Positions 22,576 to 34,828 of a DNA stretch of 64,000 bases are shown here, one piece after another. Source of the DNA: Epithemia pelagica (lineage: Eukaryota > Protista > Bacillariophyta); NCBI GenBank assembly GCA_946965045.2, contig OX337233.1:3472001-3536000 (forward strand). The letters are read 5' to 3'. Under the pieces are notes generated by a model. The model made no database searches. It was not told the origin of the DNA and worked only from the letters and a program-made list of their open reading frames with translations. How positions within the stretch are numbered: the stretch's first letter is position 1; the number at the start of each line of letters is the position of its first letter. Made by a program: the position numbers and the translations under genes.

Positions 22576-25500
22576 TACTTTTCTTGTCTCTTCATTGAAC
22601 GTAGTATAATTCTTGTTATCGGTAAGAATGTTGTTACGATAGTGGGATTTTGCTCCCACAGGCAAAATAAGACAGTTTATCAGACCCAAAAGAAGCTACA
22701 TCTCGGCCTTCGAGGCAGAAAGAGACAAGAAATAAACGATGGGAAAGCGTTTCAGAGAGAGCTAGTTGATGGAGACAAAGCACATGGAAAGCAATCGATG
22801 TGGGTGAAAACGACAAAACAGAAATGGTTATTTGGCATCGGCACCAATGACTGACGATATAAACTGGAAGTAATGGGAATTACGGGAGTTGCGGAAATGG
22901 ATGGAGTTACAGAAGCTGTGAGAGCGGAAGCTGTGGAAGCTGAGAGAGAGACACAATTACCCATGAAGGATGCAGAAATAGGAAAGGAACCCAGTGAAAG
23001 TGGAAATCAAAACAGGGATCAAAATTGGAAGTTAAAACAGGGAGCGATCAGAAGTCGAAAAAGGGAGTAGGAGTGGAAACACAAACGGGAAGCAGAAGCT
23101 GCTGCCAATTTAAGTACCCACAGGTAGCGGAGGGAGTCGAAGCGGAGATCCCACAGCCTTGGATATCACCAACGAGGTGAGACCGGTGTTTCACTGGGGG
23201 AAATCCCCCGGAAGGTTTATCTGATACTGGAACGGGGTCTGCAACGGGTTATAGTTGTGGAGGGAATGGCTGTTGGGATGGGTGCACCGCGTGGTGCATC
23301 TAGGAATGATGGTGGCACCCGAGGTACAGGTGTCACCGGATACGGATACATCCGGGAGGGATGGTGGCACTCAAGGAATTGAAGTTCTCGTGAAACGGAT
23401 CTATTCGTAGGAAGTCGGATGTGGAAATTGTGCCTCCAACACCAGAGTGCAGTATCGGAAATAACGGAAATGACGTGTGGTCGGCACAACGGAGCATGCT
23501 CCCGCATTGGAGCAATACATCAATGGGCCTTCTTGGAAAGTTAACTGACGAGGAAATCTGCATCATCAAGGGAGTCTGAGTCATGTTCGTATCGACTGGG
23601 ACTGGTAGCCGAATTGGAATCCGAACGTTGCGTTATACATGGATGAAGCATTGGGGCTGCCAAGCATGTATCAGCGTCGTGGAATCGCAGAATTATTGGG
23701 CACCATGGAAGGCCCCTGAGGTGTCGGTGGAAGGACTTGATTCCATTCCGTCAACGTCATTGTCCGATTTGGCAGTGACAATTTCGTCTGTATCCTTACC
23801 AATGAGACTGGCAACGGGTGGTCTTGTCGGGGAGGTCCGTCATGCGACTGAGCAGCTTGTGGAAGGACCAGGAGGCGTGGAGTGGCACAAACAACAAGAA
23901 GACCATCAACAGGAAGATGACATGCCCAATGCCCAAGCACAGCCACGGTGTTGTCTCTTTTCACAACCAGAACCAAAACAGGGGGAAGTATTATTGTATG
24001 CTTCTTTGTTTCCCGCAACCTTACAGTCGCGTCGAGACTGTACGTCGTCTGTTCATCGACTGGTCGCGTCATTTGACTATATTTTCCGATATACTTGTTC
24101 CATGCCATCACAAGGTATATTCTAATGAATCGAACGTTAGTGGGACATCACTTAATTGGCTGGAGACTGCTCCGCATCCGGTATGCAAGATATTGACGAA
24201 GAACGAACTGTTGGGTTGTCGATGAGGATCCCGTGGAGTAGTAGAAGAATCCTCCTCCCATAGCTCCGCAAGAGCGATGGTTGGAGGACGGGGACAAACA
24301 GCAACCCTGATTAAACCCTGATTAACAAAGGAAACCAGATGGGAGAACCAGATAATGGGGTCAATCTGGGCAATGATGACCTTGCAAAGGGGCAATGATG
24401 ACCTTGCAAAGCTTGGCGATCATTTGTGGCTTCTGGGTCCACGGGAGGAGTGGGCCTACTGGAGGAGTCCAATAATCTGAAGTGATTGCTACGGATGAGG
24501 CAGTTTCTTCTTGTGGGCATCACACTGTTTCTGCGACGTCTCGTGCAGAGTTGTGCTATAAACGGAGGTTCAGGTGAAGACGGTAAGGAGTTTCAATAGA
24601 AATGGATACGATGGATCTTTTGGCCAACTACCAGAAACAGAAAAGCCCAACCGGATATATCTAACTCTGCTGAAGACAAGAATTTCGTGGAAGGTAATGG
24701 AAGTGGACCAGGATATTGGGAGGATGTAGAAGAAGAAGAGGAACAGCGGGGACAGACATGAATCGTGCCATCAAATGAGGAATATGGAGAGCTGGTCGCG
24801 AAAGAGACGCCGGAAGTTGATGAGTCTGAGGACGGCGGATCCAGACAAAGCATGTGCCTTTGAGGCCACTCGTGTCTACAGTACTGACAATTGGAATGGG
24901 GATTCTGCATCACAATTTAGTTTTGCGGCCACAGGTGAAGATATCAAAAATCAGAATTGCTGGCATGGGATCCTGACGACTGAGACAAGACATATCTATT
25001 GTCCAGGATATGGCAAATGACCATACCATCGGAAGATCTGTTCGGGTCAGGGTGCTCTTGGATTATGATGGCAAATTGCTCCTATCTGGCATAGGGTTGG
25101 TTTGTTTGAAACAGGGAACTGTGTCTTTGCCCCTGCGGGCCTGTAATCATGGAGAGGAATCTTCCGCAAGAGAAGTTGTACCTCCCTGTGGGGCTGACAA
25201 TGGATGGAGCAGGATGGTCATGGGATACTCTCCCGTCTTTTACATCCAATGACAGTTCATCAATGACTGAGTTGGAGTTTGAAGCCCCCTCATCACCACG
25301 GAAGATTAAAGTATCATGGAGAGTTTGATTTGGAAAAGATATGGAGTCACTATGGTACGCGTGGAGAAAATTGGAGCATGGATCAAGAGACGCAATGGTC
25401 TGAAAAGGGGCAATACATATTGCAGAAGTGATGGATTGTTGGCTATGGGCTTGGAACATTGGAATAAACAAGGAGTTGTTAGCTATGGGCACGGAACATC

Positions 25501-28350
25501 TGACTGAACAAGCGGACGAAAAGTGGGTTCCGCGAGAAGTGGGGATTGGATTCGCGTCCCGCTACCAAGATGAAAATTCAAAGTCATTTGCATGAGATAC
25601 AATAGGAATCGGAAGACTATGAGGCGATGTCAATTGCTGTGACATGTTTTGTATGAAGGTGATCGCAAGGCGGGGACCCTGGAAGGGAAAGATGGGCCGG
25701 GCCAGATACATCGGGAAGGGAACCAAACACGTGAAAGGAATACCCACAATCTTCTAAAAAAGGAGGAATACCCACAATCTTCTAAAAAAAGGGGGGGGGG
25801 GCTGGTTGCTTACATTCCTCCTCCCATGCTTGCTCTGGCTTCCCATTGTCGGAGGACGGGGACAATACCTGGGTTGTTGGTTATGTTGTCAGTCAGACCA
25901 TTCTGGGATTCCCTTGGGTATGTGGTCCTCGTACCAGGTGTGTTAATTGAGAGAAGTGCTGTTGTGCAGGAAACGCCGAGTGATGTATGCTGTAGTGCAA
26001 GAAAGGAGGTGTCAAGGAGGCTGCAGGCATCCTGGAGGTAGTGACATTTGTGGTAGGGAAACATGGAGGATGTGCAAGTGCACGGGAGAACGCGAAATAC
26101 CATTGTCGTCGGAAGAGATGCAGGTGCAAGAGAAATGACACTTGGCCAGGTGCCGGCAAACCAGAGGAAGCACAAATGCACTAAAATTGGAGGGAAAGTC
26201 TCTGGATCATTAGGGACAAACAGGAGCATTGTGTTGGAGGAAACAACATGATTCCTGATGAGGTTGCCCAGACGAACATGAACTGGAGAGAGGTACACCT
26301 CGGGTAGCAGGCTATGTATGGGCTGCTCTCTGTGCATGCAGACAGAGTTTTTGTTCGTGACTGCCGAGGGGGAGGGGTTGTTGTCAGGAACCATCCGAGA
26401 AGGCCTGAAATGAAGTGGAAATGATCTGCATGGCCAGTTAATCAGCTAAGGAGTGAATGGAGACAGTAGAGGTTGGTCAGATATCGATTTGGCGGCAACA
26501 GATACTATAAATGTGAGGCAGAAGAATCGGATCCGTGAAAAATGTCACACCACGCTGGGAGAGTTGAATCACAGAATTGGGAATGATTGGGGTATTGGAG
26601 AAACTTTGTGACTTATGACGCGGGAAGATTTTTTCGGAAAATGATAGATGATGACAGCCGGAGCTTGGGATAGGAATGGGAATTGCAGGAAGATGACGGG
26701 GACCTCATAGTTTGGAAAGCAAGAAGACGGGGACGGTGCATTCCTTGTATCGACCAAGAAAGACGGGGACATTGAGACACATATCTTACTCTTGATTTAT
26801 GTGATCTTTGGTGCATGGGGCAAGTTATCAAAACATGGTTGCTCGCGATAATGGAAGATGAACAGGTGTGTTGTTAGCAGAGGTTGTGGGATACTTCCTT
26901 CCTTGCTGATTTGGAGGGGGAATTCGGAAAGATTTGAAACGTGGTAGAGAGAACAAGGAATTATCCGTACAGCAAAGCTGCAGAAGAGTTAGGGAGTGCG
27001 ATGACAACGAATGGTGCATCTGGTTGACACCCACCTTGGCATGTCGGAAAGAATGAAATTAGATAGCATTTATCACTTATGACCACGGAAAGGACCGGGA
27101 ACTTGTCGAGCTTGGAAAAGTGGAGAGGTCGGACCAAGAACGTCCGCAACGAAACAGGAAGACTCCCATTGAAGGAAGGAGGGCGACAGAAAGACGTATC
27201 CGACGCGATGTGGGTGGTATCAATCCTCTTTCCGTTGACGAAGAACATGAAGATCAACCAGTAGAATTCAACGACGAATCGGAAGCCGATGATGGTGACG
27301 AAGAATATAGCGAGACAGCTGAAAAGTCAGTAAAAGAAAGCAAGAGGGGAAAGTCATGTAACAAGAGGAGAGAAAAGAGGATCGGTGAATTGACATGCGC
27401 CGAGAACTCGGTGAGCAAGAAAGAGATACTTCAGAGCCCGAAGGGTAATATTTCTACATGTTCCCCAGCCCGTTGTCTTCATCGCCCAAGTCGAATTGAT
27501 GCATTATATCAGATGGAGAGATCGAGATTTACTGGTGCATTTGGCTCACGCTCAAATGGTAATGACGCAAACTCTACCACTTCATCACTGTCAGAAATTC
27601 GCCATCACGCTAAGGCAAACATTGTTTACGACGATGCGGGGAGGATACCTTCTGGATGCACGGAACCGCATGTTATATGAACATTAACTTGAATCCAGCT
27701 AACGAAGTTGAAGTGACAAGCGAATCGTTCAGGATCATGTATGCATCTATGTGCTGGGGCAAATACACTGGACAGAGACAGGACCACATGTTTCCCTCAT
27801 TTGGGCATGGGGTGCCTTGTCGGCCATCAAAAGGAGCAGGGTTCAAAGGAAAGAGGTATCTGGAACAAGACAAGATGACAGATCTCCAGAATCCATTCCA
27901 GTACATCTTGTTGCCATTCAAACTCCTGTTGTCGTGGTTCTTGGCTATGTCGTGCATTGCTGTTGTTGTTGTGTAACCTGATCGCATGGTAGTTCCACGT
28001 CCTGGAGTGGTCGCGGGTGGTTGGTTTTCCTCACTTGTGGTGGGTAACATTGAGACCTGAGTCGGTCTGGCATAGTTGTGGACGTGGGATTTTTCACATG
28101 CATACATACACTTCGCCATTGGTCTTGGACGCATCTTACAACGAGTCTCTCTAGAAAACTGCCGTACCATGGGGAGAGAAAGACAAGAGGAGGACCGCCC
28201 CCGAATGCAAAAATGAGATCAAATCGTGACAAGAATGGATGAGTATGAAGTGGAGCGGTTGGAACTTTGGTTTGAATGGGCTTCTATGTTGTGGAGCGCT
28301 CGTTTCTCATGCCACAGCCTTCATTCCAAGTCGGCAATCCACTTGCGGGG

Positions 28351-28524
28351 ACTGTCTTATTCCGGCTGATAGCTCGATCACGAACATCCAAGACCCACAA
28401 AAGCTGATTTTACCGCTTACATGGTTACTTTTCTTGTCTCTTCATTGAACGTAGTATAATTCTTGTTATCAGTAAGAATGTTGTTGCGATAGTGGGATTT
28501 TGCTCCCACAGGCAAAATAAGACA
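28351..28524. mobile_element. Uninterrupted copy of the small TIR (MITE-like) element
   Basis: Near-identical to 17483-17559 joined to 22578-22674. The right TIR is clipped at aataagaca. Confidence 0.8.
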
Positions 28525-28549
28525 CGACACCGGGACTGACGAGTTTGAG

Positions 28550-29000
28550 TCTACCCTCCGCGCCGGGCGGTCCCTCCTTGAAAGGACTCGACACCGGGAA
28601 TTATTAATACTAACTCCATACCAGACTGTGTAGGTAGTTCGTCTCACATTTTTATACTACAGTAGGAATTTTTTGTACGATCGGGAAGTAGTTTCGTGCG
28701 AGTCGCGCGGTTTCCCTCTCGTGTGTGACACTTGTGTGACACTTGTGTGACACTTTGTGACATGGCTTCCAGGAATTTCTCACTACCTACACAGCCTGAT
28801 AGGGAGTAAGTTTACTACTTCCCTGTGTCTGGCCGTCCTCTCGCGTCGGGCGCGCCCGGCTTGTCGGGAGAATGACTCGACGGGCAATTGTCTTGTCGGG
28901 CGTGCGCCCTCCTCGACCATTGCCCTCCTCGTCATTCTACCCTCCGCGCCGGGCGGTCCCTCCTTGAAAGGACTCAACACCGGGAAGTATTAATACTAAC
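28550..29000. repeat. About 65-bp GC-rich direct repeats (about 28550-28612 and 28937-29000) flanking a structured spacer with an 11-bp tandem repeat
   Basis: tctaccctccgcgccgggcggtccctccttgaaaggactc.acaccgggaa.tattaatactaac occurs twice. There is gtgtgacactt x3 near 28723-28760, and an inverted ctgtgtaggtag/ctacctacacag pair. Confidence 0.9.
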
Positions 29001-29022
29001 AGTACGGGAGATGGATGAAATA

Positions 29023-32000
29023 TTACGGGAAATGGTGTGCAGAACGGAGGATAACTGGGCGCCACGTATTGAGCCAGTTCCTCAATTGAATAGAAGTGGT
29101 GGCATAGGTGAAATGAACTTGGGGTGAATCGTAAAACAAAACAGAGTCGGCAGATTGGACCTGTGACCGAAGAGAATATAGTTCGAGAACTTCTCGTTGC
29201 GCTTGAGAATAAGCAGAAGCTTCGATTGATTGTGGAGTATCACCATGAATATCGTTGTTACGTTGCAACCATAGACGATGCACATGGTGCCAGATGATAG
29301 TAATGGTAGAAGAAATGAGGCGAGAGCCGGAGAAAAGTGGAGAGGAAATATCCTGGGAAATAAGGAACTGGTCTTGAAGACGAGACCAATGTAAAGAGAA
29401 ACGGCCCATGAACACTTGTTCGAGGCCGATAGTAAGTTGGGAGGCAACTGCGCGTTGGTAAGGGAGTGGAACTGTAGGAAAGGAAGGAGGAACATCATGC
29501 AACCACGAGCGGAGACATTCGGTAAGGAGCATGGCTAGATGTGGATCGGCATTCAGAGAAGACCATTGTTTTTCAAGATCTGCAAGGAGCGCGGGAAACC
29601 ACAAACGGTGAGGACATCGAAGAAAGTGAGTCAAGGTCTCGAGAGTCGAAGGACACAAGGGGCAGAAATCTTGGTAATAGGTAGCGTATCTTGATCGTAG
29701 ATGCCCCAAAGGTAACCAATCATGTATCAACTTAATGATAAAGTGGCGTTTGGGAAAATTTGCATTAATGGCTCTGCTATGTGACTGCCAGTCGATGCTG
29801 TCGAAGGTAGAAAGAGACCAATCAAACTTCGTGCACAAATAATGAGTCGATCGTTCTTGAGTAGCGAGCCTGCGGAGAATGGAACGATAGTTGGAAGCTA
29901 TGGTGCCTGATAAACCATGAAGGACTGCCTGACTGCCAGAGATTAATGGAGCAATCGTGGATGAAACGTGGTCCGGGTAGGTGTAAGAGGAGGCAAGACC
30001 ATCTGCGTCGACGTTCAGTTGAGATGGAAGCGGCAAAGTCGAATATACTTGCGCGTCGTCCTGATGACCCTTGACATGTTGAACGACCGGTAGTTCCGAA
30101 AACTGATGGAGAGAATAAGTAATCGCTTGTTGTAAGTCCCAATCAGCGGTCATGGTGGAATACGGAAATTCCACCATCCATTCTAACCGTTTGTGGATTG
30201 TTTTAACCAGGCTTTCAGAGTCGGTGTACAAGCGGAGCGATCCCGGTAGAGGAATGTCACTGAAAGAGCAAAACTGTATGATGAAGCGAAGAAAAGCTAA
30301 GAATCCGTAGCTCTCCGCTCGGAAGGAAGACGTACGGTAGCCTGGAGCAGGACCATGTACCATAAAAAGACGAGTACCACCTTCAGTGGCGCAAGTACAA
30401 CCGAAAGTACCAACAAACGACGCAGCAGAACCGTCGCTGCAGAGTAACAGAGGGGCAGATTGAAGAAAGTGCGTGACCAATTCATGTTCCTCGCATACCA
30501 GTGTGCTCTCTGACAAAAGTTGTCGTTCCCAAGAAGAAAGTTGACTAACATAAGAGTCGAAGCTTGAAGAAGAAGGAGAAGGTTGTGTAATAAGAACAGG
30601 GCATGACGGAAGAACCAGACGTGTAGACCCAGTATTGGCAGTAGCCACAGGACACGAAGAAGACGGAACAGTGGACCGAATCACTGGAGTTGATACAAAA
30701 ACGGTATAGCTTGGATCGATCTGAGTCCAGATACGAGAACCATTGGCGTGCTGTGTCATTACCGCCTACAAGCCACCTGCACAAAGGAGATGCGAGGCGA
30801 CGTGCAGACATAGGAGCAAGAAAAGATCCGAGAAACTTTCTCCATTTTCCCCAAGCGCGAGAACCAGGCCTTGTTTGGTATGGAGTTAGCAATTCGCAAG
30901 AAGATTTATTGTCTCGTCTTCCATCCAGTGAGGCAAGAGTAAAAGTGCAACCGTCGGGAGTAACGATATCGCTGAGCATTGTCACTTGAAGATATAACCG
31001 GCACGCGTTGATTAATTTGAGATCTGTTGCAGACGACGTAAAGGCTAGAGCTGAATCCATCAGAAAGACATCATTTTCCCTTTGTAAGCGAGGTACAAAG
31101 TCTTCTTCTAGTTCGACACGACAATCCACCGAGGAAAGAAACTGACGGAGCTGTGGTACCCATTGCATTGGAGTCAAGTGGGGGAGAGGGGTATGAACAT
31201 CTTCGAGGATAGGAACACCAGTGCCAGCAAGAAACTGACCCCAGGACATCATGATGGAAGCTAACTTGTGGGGTACACCGTCTGAACGGATACAAGCCAG
31301 AAACAAATACAACTGTGCGATTCCGCGTTCAACTGAAAGAGTCCGCAAACCAATTCCGCCGTACTCTGAGGAGCCATACACAACAGCATTCGGCATGTTG
31401 CGGTTGAAGCCGTACTTTGGTAAAAAGGCTTGTTTGAATTGTCGTTGTAAGGCAGTACAGTGTGAATTGGATAGTGTTGATGACGGTAGGGGGTAGCAAA
31501 TACTCGGAAGGTATATAGCATGGTAGTAGGACCACGCATCTGTTCTTGAAAATGGACTCCTTGCCATAACTCTGGTATGTTCCTGATTGCGTTTCAACAG
31601 TGCCAGAAATAACCCTTTGTCAGTGGCGTGGGGGGATTTTTGTACCCCTAAGGTCTTGTGACTTTTGAAAGCCGATAGGTGCTTCAATGGTACGGACGGA
31701 CGGCCATCAGTAAAGGAAATAGTGATTGTAGGTCCGAAGCTTCCATCTCTCAAAAGAGGTAAGCCATCGATGGAGAAGCGGTAGTACATAAAGTGATAAG
31801 AGCACTTCAACGGATTGAGGGCTCCTCCAGACAAACCAAGAAGATCATTCCATCTCTGAGCGTCTTCCTGCGCTTTGGACAAGTAATATTCAGGTGGTGC
31901 TGGATCGGTACGACAAAAATCGTTTACGCTGCCGCTAGTATCGTCAACAAACCCGATCATGTTGATTGTTGTGCGAATTTTGCCGTCAGGAGAGACAAAC

Positions 32001-34828
32001 GTGGCTCCGTGGGACTTCTCTTCATAGGTGTCAAAAAGAACGCTCGAGATCACACACCATATCGCAGGGGAATTACCGGCTCCCTGTCCTGAACCATAAA
32101 TCGGGTAGATCGTACAATGCTTGTAAGAACTCTCAGAAACCCCCAATTGTGTTTTTAGATAATACTTTGCTTAAGCCAATGTCTTGGCGTTGATAAAGAC
32201 AATCGACCGGTTTTGGCCAAAACTCCGCGAGACCAAACTGCCAACCGATAATACAATCCGATCATAGCAAGCCGTGGCATCATAGTCGAGATGTACCAGA
32301 GGGCGTTTGCTTGCACGTGATATTTCATATTGAAATTCTTCACGAAGCGTTGGAATCACTGCATCCCGTCCCGGAACGCCGCCAAATTGCGTAGGATGAA
32401 TCAACTGTTGATTGGTGGAAAGCTGAATCATTTGTCGCCATTTGATTGCAAGAACAAGGTTGTAGTCTTGTTCGTAAAGGTGGATGACACGCAAACGATG
32501 AATGCGCAAATCGTTTGGTTCCTTCAAGATCATGACGTTTACTATATGTTTCCATCGGGAAAACGAATATTTGTTCTCGAGACCACAGTTCAAAATGCCA
32601 ACTTGCCAATCAATCAGATCTTCCCTCTTGCGTTCCAGAGCTTGACCCTCCTCCGACGACGGATCCAAATCATGCGGTGCAATAAGTGCCTTGCTATGTC
32701 CCAAATGAAAGCCCGATGGTGACGTTGTAGTAGACTCCGGCCACGATCGAATCTTACCAATCCAGTCTTCTTTGCTAATTGCGCACGGAATCGCATCTAT
32801 AGCGACTCGCGACTTCATGTGATCCAATAAACTTTGTTGCATTTCGTCTAACTCATGTGATTGCAATTCTCCTTCTAAGATCAATTCCGCTGTGTGCGTG
32901 GAAGCACCCCAATCGCACCATTCCGAGAACGGAGGTGTCGTGGGGAAAGTCCCGTTCGCTTGGCCAAAGTGGCGTCTGTTTCGTTGAAGTAAACGTTCTT
33001 CAATCTCTGCTGGCGTATCTATCGTAATCCAGCTTGAGCAGTTGTTGTAGTCTGTTGTCGTAGTATCTGCTGGAACGTCTAGGCGCGTGATTCCAGATTT
33101 CTGACTACCCCGATATTGCCAAAGTCGAGAGTACATTGCTTTCGTTCTTTCAGCTGCTATCCGAAACTTCAAAGCTTTTGATTGTTGTTTGTCTCCGCGA
33201 TCCAAAGCTTCTTGGAGCGCTAGCTTCAATTCATTCTGGCGTTTAAAAACTGCTTGTTTTGTAAGAGTCTTGATTTTCTGTTGTACCACTCGAAGTTCAG
33301 AGCGACATTCGGAAATTGTCGAAGGGAAACCGCCCGTATAGCCACGTTCTGTAATATGGGCAATGCCCGAATTGAAAGATCTCTTAAGCCGTGTCGCCGA
33401 AATGAGACGTTGAAGCAAGTTCTTTCGTTGTCGGAGCTCAGCAATCTCAGTAACATAGGGAACGCCACGCGGTTTCTTAGCGCACTGTTTGGCAGCATGC
33501 TCACCCGCACGTTGGAAATCTTGATCTAACCGTTCGGCTAATTCAGGATCCCATTCTTGTTGTAAAGCGGCAAGTCGTTCCGCAAATCTGTGTTCCTGGC
33601 AATACTGATGCTTGGCCTCAATATAAACTCGATTCGAGGACTTATCTTTGCTGGTGAAGTCTCGACTGGAGATTGGTCCAAGTTGTTGTGTTTTGTTTCC
33701 GAATAGTTTTTCTGCGTCAAAATCGATAAGTATATTACGATGGTCCCCGCGAGAGCGTTGACCAAACGGTTCATAGCAGCCATCGACAACAGCCTCGGCA
33801 ACCCAATCGGACGCTAACACGTAATCTATCCTGTCTTTTCCGCGAACGTGAGTACCAAATTCAGTAGTTCCGAGTATCTGACTCATTACGTCGCATAAAT
33901 TCAGCTCTGAGCAAAGTTTCGACATGCCTTGATTCGAATTGTTGAGAGGTTCATTGAAGTCGCCAAGAAGAATGATGCCCGAGTTTGCCGATTGTCTATC
34001 CCGTATGAAATCAGTCAGGTCCTGGATAAACGCTTCCCGTGGGGTGCAATACCGATTGTTCTGTCGAAGCATAGAAACTTGCTGAGACGAGGCTGTGTAT
34101 GAACGAATTTGCCCAGTGGAATCGTCAACGATCTTCTGCTTGCAAACTTGATACGCCGTAATGATCGTGAGAGATCTATGTCCGCGGCATGAGAAGACTT
34201 GATACGTCCATCGTCCCAGATTGTCTCGACCTTGAGCGGTGACTCTACCTGTTGTCTTTTCTTGAGTAACTTGAAGGACACCCCCTGGTTTGTATTGTTT
34301 GCATCTTGGAGACGGAATGTTGCTGCTTGTGACAATCAACCTTGAATGCTCAGTGTGTCGTCGAAGTGTTGTTTCCAGTCGATTCCGAACTGAATGTTGC
34401 GTACTATCCAAATTTATTTCGTACAGTCCCCATGTATCCACCATAAGATTGGTCATCTCTAAACATAATTCCGCGAATTCCCCACCGTCATGACCGATCT
34501 TGAGCCCATTCGGATTGCAACCGAACAAACGGAAAATGCCATCCTCTTTCCTGGGGTTCCTTGGTTGGCCGATAAAGCCGTTATTTGCGTAGTTCAGCTG
34601 TCCCGTCAGTGTCATTTCTTCTGGTTCTTGGTAATAAAAGTTCTCCTCGACTGCATCTTGATGTTGGTCTCGAATGTAATCGTTGTGCGTGGTATTTGTG
34701 TTTGTGTTTGTGTCGTAGTCGGAGTGCATTGCATTTGAAATGTGATGAAATTCTTGATTTGGTTGTTCTTGGTTGTCTACATTATAGGTTACCGTGCTAT
34801 TACGATCTTGACTCATGACTAAACACAC
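29023..34828 (-). pseudogene. LINE ORF2 (APE endonuclease, RT, RNase H) broken by a TAA at 32171-32173 and a frameshift near 30700
   Basis: ORFs 32171-34828 and 30545-32146 are in the same frame (NAKTLA*AKYYLKTQLGVS). ORF 29023-30759 is in another frame. Confidence 0.88.

Larger units (their letters stand above)
17483..22676. mobile_element. Small TIR element (about 175 bp) split by the 5-kb transposon
   Basis: Left half is 17483-17559 and right half is 22576-22676. Ends are ACTGTCTTATT / AATAAGACAGT. An uninterrupted copy is at 28351-28524. Confidence 0.8.

Noticed and set aside
28531-28590. Hammerhead ribozyme (CTGACGAG ... GAAA)
   Set aside because: Stem II cannot form between the CUGANGA and GAAA boxes, and no stem III/UH arrangement was found.
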